Origin: Pseudomonas aeruginosa | GTDB lineage: Bacteria; Pseudomonadota; Gammaproteobacteria; Pseudomonadales; Pseudomonadaceae | Direction: 5' to 3' | Assembly: GCF_001457615.1 (NCBI RefSeq) | Contig: NZ_LN831024.1 | Coordinates: 3,180,001 to 3,212,000 of the forward strand | Length of the DNA stretch: 32,000 bases | Part shown: positions 26,727 through 32,000 of the stretch, one piece after another | How the letters are laid out: each line of letters opens with the position of its first letter | How positions within the stretch are numbered: position 1 is the first letter of the stretch | The notes under the pieces: model-generated | What the model was told of the DNA's origin: nothing | Database searches by the model: none | The model's input: the letters and a program-made list of their open reading frames with translations, nothing else | Translations under genes and position numbers: made by a program

Positions 26727-27761
26727 ATGCCCACTCCGCCCTGGTCTCCCCGCCGCAGCGCCATCAGCGCGCACCTGCTGATCCAGTTCGGCATCGACCG
26801 CGGCCTCGGCCTGGAGCAGTGCCTGGCAGGTAGCGGCCTGGATATCCGCCTGCTCGGCGATCCCTCCGGGGAAATCGACGCGGCCCAGGAACTGAGCGTA
26901 GTGCGCAACCTGGTCCGGCACCTGGGCGACGCCTGCGCGCCGGGCCTGGCGGCAGGCCTGCGCTATCACCTCAACGCCTACGGCATCTGGGGCTTCGCCC
27001 TGCTCAGCAGCCCGACCTTCCTCAGCGCCGCGCAACTGGGCCTGCGCTACCTCGACCTGACCTTCGCCTTCCATGGCATCCGCCTGGAGGTACACGACGA
27101 TGAAGCGCACCTGGTGCTCGACGACGCCGGCATTCCCGAGGACCTGCGGATTTTCCTCCTCGAACGCGACGCCGGTGGCGTGCTGCGCATCCAGCGCGAC
27201 CTCACCGGGCAGCGCCTGCCGATCCTCCGCGCCGGCTTCCGCCGCCCACCGCCCGCCGATCCCGCGCCCTACGTGCGCGAGCTGGGCCTGTGCCCGGCGT
27301 TCGGCCAGGCGGACAACCGGGTGGTCTTCGAACGGCGCTTCCTCGACCTCCCGCTGCCCGGCGCCAATCCAGAGGTGGCGCGCGCCTGCGAGGAGCAGTG
27401 CCGCGCCCTGCTCGCCCGCCGCCAGGTGCGCGGCGGTCTGGCCGGACGCATCCGCGACCGCTTGCTGAGGACGCCCGGCCACTTGCCGGACATGCAGACC
27501 CTGGCCATGGAACTGCACCTCACCGTGCGTACCCTGCGTCGCCGCCTGGACGACGAGGGCAGCAGCTACCGCCTGTTGCTCGACGAGGTGCGCCAGGCCC
27601 TCGCCGAAGAGCTGCTGGCCACCGGCGCGATTCGCCTGGAGGAGATCGCCGAGCGCCTCGGCTACGGCGAGGTGTCCAACTTCAGCCATGCCTTCAGGCG
27701 CTGGAAAGGCATGACGCCGCGCCAGTATCGCCAGCGGCGACGACTCGACGCGATGTCCTGA
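26727..27761 (+). CDS. AraC/XylS-family transcriptional regulator
   Basis: C-terminal double HTH (LEEIAERLGYGEVSNFSHAFRRWKGMTPRQYR) and an N-terminal AraC-type ligand-binding domain. Divergent from the BVMO operon. Confidence 0.9.
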   Translation: MPTPPWSPRRSAISAHLLIQFGIDRGLGLEQCLAGSGLDIRLLGDPSGEIDAAQELSVVRNLVRHLGDACAPGLAAGLRYHLNAYGIWGFALLSSPTFLSAAQLGLRYLDLTFAFHGIRLEVHDDEAHLVLDDAGIPEDLRIFLLERDAGGVLRIQRDLTGQRLPILRAGFRRPPPADPAPYVRELGLCPAFGQADNRVVFERRFLDLPLPGANPEVARACEEQCRALLARRQVRGGLAGRIRDRLLRTPGHLPDMQTLAMELHLTVRTLRRRLDDEGSSYRLLLDEVRQALAEELLATGAIRLEEIAERLGYGEVSNFSHAFRRWKGMTPRQYRQRRRLDAMS

Positions 27762-27909
27762 GCCGCTCCGGGCTTATTCCACGAAGGCAGGACGCCAGCG
27801 CTCGATGTTCGTTTCGCCGCCGCCTGCCAGCGGCTAGATTGGCCGTTCACGCGCGGCATCCGGCGGCGCGGCAGCGGAGGCATCTCCGCTGGCAACGGGA
27901 GAACGACAC

Positions 27910-28755
27910 ATGGGTTGCCAGCAACACGCATGGCCGGCGCACGCGCCGGAGCAGGTCGAGGCCGAGGTCAACTATATCCGCGACAACGGCCAACGGCCGG
28001 TCGCCTACACCTATCCGGCCCCCGCCGGGACGCCGCAGCGCAGCGCGCTGTTGCAGCCGACCCGGGTGGCGATCCGCAATGCGCGTCTGCTGGCGCAACC
28101 GGCCAGCCTGGAGCGCGAGGGTTTCCAACTGGTGCGCGAGGCGAGCGCGGTGGGCGATTTCGAGGATGAAGCCCAGGTTCGTGAACGCTACTACCCGGAA
28201 AGCATCGCCCTGCTCCGCCGCCTGACCGGCGCCGCCGAGGCGGTGATCTTCGACCACACGCTGCGCGTCGACCAGGCCGGGCGCGAAGAACGCGGCCTGC
28301 GCGAACCGGTGCGCTACGTGCACAACGACCAGACCCTGCGCTCGGCGCCGCGCCGGGTCCGCGACCACCTGCCGGCGGAACGCGCCGAACGGCGCCTGGC
28401 CGGACGCTTCCAGATCGTCAACCTGTGGCGTCCGTTCGGCCACCCGGCGCAGCGCGCGCCGCTGGCGTTGCTGGACGCCCGCAGCCTGGCGTTCGACGAC
28501 CTGGTGGCCAGTGACCTGGTGTACCGCGACAAGGTGGGCGAAACCTACTCGGTCAAGCCCAACCCGGAGCACCGCTGGTACTACTACCCGCACCTGCTGC
28601 CGGAGGAAGCGCTGCTGCTGAAGATCTACGATTCGCGGGAGGACGCGCAGGCCCGCCTCGGCGCGCACACCGCCTTCGACGATCCCTGCACCCCGGCCGA
28701 TGCGCCGCCGCGGCAGAGTATCGAACTGCGTTGCCTGCTGTTCTTCGACGAATGA
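27910..28755 (+). CDS. CmcJ/NvfI/AsaB-like oxygenase-family protein
   Basis: GGGAGAA SD. Pattern EAEVNYI...GFQLV...VIFDHTLR...VHNDQT...IVNLWRP...DLVYRDKVGETYS...HRWYYYP matches my recollection of this family (unverified). Confidence 0.65.
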   Translation: MGCQQHAWPAHAPEQVEAEVNYIRDNGQRPVAYTYPAPAGTPQRSALLQPTRVAIRNARLLAQPASLEREGFQLVREASAVGDFEDEAQVRERYYPESIALLRRLTGAAEAVIFDHTLRVDQAGREERGLREPVRYVHNDQTLRSAPRRVRDHLPAERAERRLAGRFQIVNLWRPFGHPAQRAPLALLDARSLAFDDLVASDLVYRDKVGETYSVKPNPEHRWYYYPHLLPEEALLLKIYDSREDAQARLGAHTAFDDPCTPADAPPRQSIELRCLLFFDE

Positions 28756-28756
28756 G

Positions 28757-29713
28757 TCAGGCGGGGCGCAGGCTGATCCAGTAGTCGCTGTAGCGCAGCA
28801 CGCGGATCGGCAGGCTGCGTCCGAGCATGTCCAGGGACGTGTGCATGTCGTCCAGCGGGAACAGACCGCTGACGCGGTTGCCGGCGATCTCCGCGTCGAG
28901 CTGGAGGATGCCTGGCAGATAGGGCCGGAAGGCCTCCGCGACCCAGGCCAGGGAGCGGTCGTGGACCTCCAGCCAGCCGCTGGCCCAGGCATCCTCTCCG
29001 GCCTGCATCGGGCCCTGTTCGAGCAGGCCGCCGGCATCGAACAGCAGACTACGTCGTGCCGCCACCGCCAGCTGGCGTCCCTCACCGGTGGTCAGCCGCG
29101 CGCTGCCGCGCAGGGTCACCAGGCGGATCGCCCCGCGCTCCTCGGCCAGCAGCAGGCTGCCGCTGGCGCAGTCCACCCGTCCGGCGGCGCAGTCGAGGGC
29201 GAAGGCGCCGCGCGGGTCCTCCTTCACTTCCAGGCGCATCGCGCCGCGCCGCAGCTCCAGGCGCCGCTGGGCGCCGTCGAGCAGCGGTCGCGCCTTGCTC
29301 CGCGCGTTCAGGCGCAGGCGGCTGCCGTCGGCCAGCAACCAGTCGCGGCGCTCGCCGGTGCCGGTCGCCAGTTCGCCGGGCAGGCCCATGCCGGCCTGGA
29401 CCCAGCGCTCCAGGCCGGCGCCGCCGGCGAGCAGGACGAACAGCCCGAGGGCGCCGCCGACGAAGCGCCGGCGGCTCGACGGCTGCTCCAGGGCGCGCAG
29501 CACGGTAGCGCTCGGCTGGCCGCGCCAGGGCGAGTCCTGTAGCGGCGCGAGGCTGCCAAGCAGTTGCCGGAACACCTCGGCATGCTCGCTCGACAGCGCC
29601 TTCCAGCGTTCCAGGGCATCGCCCTCGGCGACGCTGAAGTCGCCGGATTGCAGGCGCACCATCCATTCGATGGCCTCCTCGACGATGCGTTGCCGTTCCG
29701 GCTTCTCGCTCAT
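28757..29713 (-). CDS. FecR-family anti-sigma factor / transmembrane sensor
   Basis: N-terminal anti-sigma domain (EEAIEWMVRLQSGDFS...ALERW), a single TM (FVGGALGLFVLLAGGAGL) and a periplasmic FecR domain. ATGA overlap with the sigma gene. Confidence 0.88.
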   Translation of the reverse strand: MSEKPERQRIVEEAIEWMVRLQSGDFSVAEGDALERWKALSSEHAEVFRQLLGSLAPLQDSPWRGQPSATVLRALEQPSSRRRFVGGALGLFVLLAGGAGLERWVQAGMGLPGELATGTGERRDWLLADGSRLRLNARSKARPLLDGAQRRLELRRGAMRLEVKEDPRGAFALDCAAGRVDCASGSLLLAEERGAIRLVTLRGSARLTTGEGRQLAVAARRSLLFDAGGLLEQGPMQAGEDAWASGWLEVHDRSLAWVAEAFRPYLPGILQLDAEIAGNRVSGLFPLDDMHTSLDMLGRSLPIRVLRYSDYWISLRPA

Positions 29714-30219
29714 TCCTGGAATCCCCGGTAGCAGCAGTGCAAGGCATCCTTCATCAACTGGTGGATGCGCCCCAGGGACAATCCGAGGCGTTCGCCGATC
29801 TGCACGTAGGTCAGGCCTTCCAGCTGGCTCATCAGGAACACCGCGCGGGCCTGCCCGGACAGGCCGTCGAGCAGGCGGTCGATGGCTTGCAGGCTCTCGA
29901 TCAGCATCCACTGTTCGTGGGGCGACGGCTGCACCGCCTCCGGCGCCTCGGCGAGGATCTGCAGGTAGGCGCGCTCCAGGTCCTTGCGCCGCCAGCTCTC
30001 GTACATCAGGCGTTGCGCGATGGTCGCGAGGAACGCCCGCGGCGAGCGGATCGACGCCGGGTCGGGGAGCATCCAGACCTGCAGGAAAGCCTCGGCGGCG
30101 AGGTCTTCGGCGCTGTGGCTACAGCCGGTCTGGTAGGACAGCTTCTTGCACAGCCAGTCGTAGTTCTGCTGGAACAACTGGGCGATCAGGGTGTTCTTGA
30201 TGGAGCCTTGGCTATCCAT
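29710..30219 (-). CDS. ECF sigma-70 factor, FecI-like
   Basis: Region 2 (AEDLAAEAFLQVW) and region 4 HTH (FLMSQLEGLTYVQIGERLGLSLGRIHQLMKDAL). Start taken at ATG 30219. Confidence 0.9.
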   Translation of the reverse strand: MDSQGSIKNTLIAQLFQQNYDWLCKKLSYQTGCSHSAEDLAAEAFLQVWMLPDPASIRSPRAFLATIAQRLMYESWRRKDLERAYLQILAEAPEAVQPSPHEQWMLIESLQAIDRLLDGLSGQARAVFLMSQLEGLTYVQIGERLGLSLGRIHQLMKDALHCCYRGFQE

Positions 30220-30321
30220 GGTAAGCGTTCGCTGCTGGCAGGCCACGCCACGGATAGCGGTAGTGAGCCTGGAGGTTGAGGAACGGCGCCCGGGGCTGTT
30301 CCCGTGGCGCACGGTAGGGAA

Positions 30322-31518
30322 TCAATCGAGGCGCTCCCGGCAGTCCGCCGTGCCCGCCGCCGGCCGCTGCGCGGACAGCCAGCCGCAGGCGGCGGCGCCG
30401 AGGATCAGCGCGGCGCCCCACCAGGGGAGCGCGCGCACCGCCACCTGGTCCACCAGGATCGCGCCGATGAAGGCGCCCAGGGCCACGCCCAGCTGGATCG
30501 CGCTGGTGTTGAGGCTGATCTGGATCGCCGCGGTGTCCGGGCTGAGTTCCACCAGGTATTTCTGGATCGCCGGCCCCGGCGCCATGTTGAACACGCACCA
30601 GAACACCACCGCGCCCAGCAGCAGCGGCAGGCCGCCGGTGGCGAACGGCAGCAGGACCAGGGCCAGTGCATGCAGGAGCAGGAAGGCGACGAAGGTGGCC
30701 GGCCCCGGCCAGCGGTCGGCGGCACGTCCGCCGAGCAGCGCGCCGAGGATGCCGCCGCCCCCGTAGACCAGCAGGACCAGGCTGATGGTCGGTTTGTCGA
30801 GGGCCATGCTGCCGACCAGGAACGGCACGATGTAGGTGTAGACGGTGAACTGGCCGGTCATCTGCAACAGCGATGCCAGGTGGGCGAACGGCACCCGGCC
30901 CCGGGCCAGCGCCCGCAGTTGCTCCGCCGGGGCGATGCCGGGCGCGCCGGGTATGGCCGGCAGCAGGCGCAGGAGCAGCGGCAGGCCGAGCAACGCGACC
31001 CCGGCGAGCAGCAGGAACAGGCTACGCCAGCCCCAGAACTCGCCGATCAGGGTGCCCAGCGGTACGCCCAGCACCAGTGAGGCGACGATGCCGGCAAACA
31101 CCAGGCCGATCGCCCGGCCGCGCCGTTCCGGTGCGACGATGGCCACCGCCAGGGTGATCGCCACCACCACAATGACCGAGGCACTGGCCGCCACCAGCAG
31201 CCGGCTCGCCAGCAACAGGGCGAAGCTCGGCGCGGCGGCGCTGGCCAGGTTGGCGCCGATGAACGCCAGCAGCGCGCCGGCCAGCAGGCGGCGGCGCTCG
31301 ATGCCGGCGCTGAGGTAGACCAGCAGCGGGCCGAGCAGCGCATAGACCAGCGCGTACAGGCTCATCAGCAACCCGGCCCGGCCCTGGCTGACGGCGAAAC
31401 TGGCGGCCAGTTCGTCGAGCACCCCGGCCACCACCAGTTCCACCGTGCCGACCACGAAGGCCAGCCCGGCCAGCAGCCAGACGCCCACCTCCGCCCTGCT
31501 CCGTTCAGTCTCGCCCAT
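30322..31518 (-). CDS. MFS transporter (DHA1-like)
   Basis: 12 hydrophobic segments over 398 aa. Start taken at ATG 31518, after the Ser/Pro-rich spurious leader of the ORF-track call. Confidence 0.85.
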   Translation of the reverse strand: MGETERSRAEVGVWLLAGLAFVVGTVELVVAGVLDELAASFAVSQGRAGLLMSLYALVYALLGPLLVYLSAGIERRRLLAGALLAFIGANLASAAAPSFALLLASRLLVAASASVIVVVAITLAVAIVAPERRGRAIGLVFAGIVASLVLGVPLGTLIGEFWGWRSLFLLLAGVALLGLPLLLRLLPAIPGAPGIAPAEQLRALARGRVPFAHLASLLQMTGQFTVYTYIVPFLVGSMALDKPTISLVLLVYGGGGILGALLGGRAADRWPGPATFVAFLLLHALALVLLPFATGGLPLLLGAVVFWCVFNMAPGPAIQKYLVELSPDTAAIQISLNTSAIQLGVALGAFIGAILVDQVAVRALPWWGAALILGAAACGWLSAQRPAAGTADCRERLD

Positions 31519-32000
31519 GGCTGCGTGCCTCCCCGTCGATGGCATAGCGATAGCGCCCGAGCATGACCAGCAGCCCTGCCGCCACGCCGAACGCGCCGAG
31601 CAGGACCAGCGTCGAGCCCGCGTAGGAGCCCGCGCGGTCGTAGAAGTAACCCAGCAGCCAGGACCCCAGGCTGATGGCGATGGCGAAGGTGAAGGGCTGG
31701 ATCGAGCCATAGATCACGCTGAAATGGCGCAGGCCGAAGTAGCGGCTGACGAAGTACTGGGTGGTGCCGGTCTCGCCGCCGGCGCCCAGGCCGATCAGGA
31801 ACACCGCGCCCCAGAGCAGCGCCGGCGGTCCGCCAAGGAGCAGGAGCAGCAGCCCGAGCGCCGCCAGCAGGGCGAACGGCAAGGCGATGCGCGGGGTGTC
31901 GTAGCGGTCCAGCAGGTAGCCCAGCGCCGGTTGCGAAACGATCATGCCGACCCACAGCGCCGCCAGCACGTCGGTGGCGACTTCCCGCGACAGGCCGCGC
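31505..32000 (-). CDS. MFS transporter, C-terminal part (N-terminus beyond the right edge)
   Basis: The frame stays open to the window edge (…RGLSREVATDVLAALWVGMIVSQPALGYLLDRY…) and codes hydrophobic helices. It overlaps the downstream MFS start by 14 nt. Confidence 0.7.
   Translation of the reverse strand, partial: RGLSREVATDVLAALWVGMIVSQPALGYLLDRYDTPRIALPFALLAALGLLLLLLGGPPALLWGAVFLIGLGAGGETGTTQYFVSRYFGLRHFSVIYGSIQPFTFAIAISLGSWLLGYFYDRAGSYAGSTLVLLGAFGVAAGLLVMLGRYRYAIDGEARSHGRD

Noticed and set aside
30220-30321. Fur box upstream of the ECF sigma gene
   Set aside because: The region is GC-rich. The best AT-containing stretch (GGAATCAATCGAG) matches the 19-bp Fur consensus poorly.

Overview
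High-GC (about 70% by eye) Pseudomonas-type chromosomal DNA. From memory, unverified, the gene order resembles the P. aeruginosa PAO1 PA2122-PA2091 neighbourhood read in reverse. I support 33 protein-coding genes and see no rRNA, tRNA, CRISPR array, IS element or integrase. From left to right the window holds seven parts. (1) A LysR-controlled group of poorly characterised genes: a His-box hydroxylase/SRPBCC fusion, a SnoaL-like protein, DUF2855 and DUF2790. (2) ada, whose promoter carries a perfect 16-bp palindromic double Ada box facing an uncharacterised divergent gene. (3) A pyroglutamate/5-oxoproline locus: a DUF1445 D-glutamate-cyclase-like gene, LysR, MFS, the OprD-family porin OpdO and pxpABC. 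(4) DUF4142, a PoxB-like TPP enzyme and a Cys-rich DUF326/Csp-like protein. (5) A roughly 7-kb island of clearly lower GC (16.4-23.4 kb). It carries a tightly coupled six-gene operon: EamA exporter, JAMM/MPN+ peptidase, a MoaD/ThiS-like ubiquitin-fold domain fused to an E1 adenylyltransferase and a rhodanese, a CysK/CysM-like PLP enzyme, a serine acetyltransferase and an AlaX-like tRNA-editing homologue. A divergent MocR regulator sits next to it. (6) An AraC-controlled Baeyer-Villiger monooxygenase/esterase/SDR operon. (7) A CmcJ/AsaB-like oxygenase, a FecI/FecR pair with no adjacent TonB transducer, and two MFS transporters. The best candidate for an undescribed system is the island operon. 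It reads as a protein-thiocarboxylate (sulfur-carrier) pathway built as a self-processing Ubl-E1 proprotein, with its own acceptor supply, exporter and a possible tRNA-level proofreading or immunity component. All calls rest on reading the translated ORFs, motifs and gene context; no database search was run.
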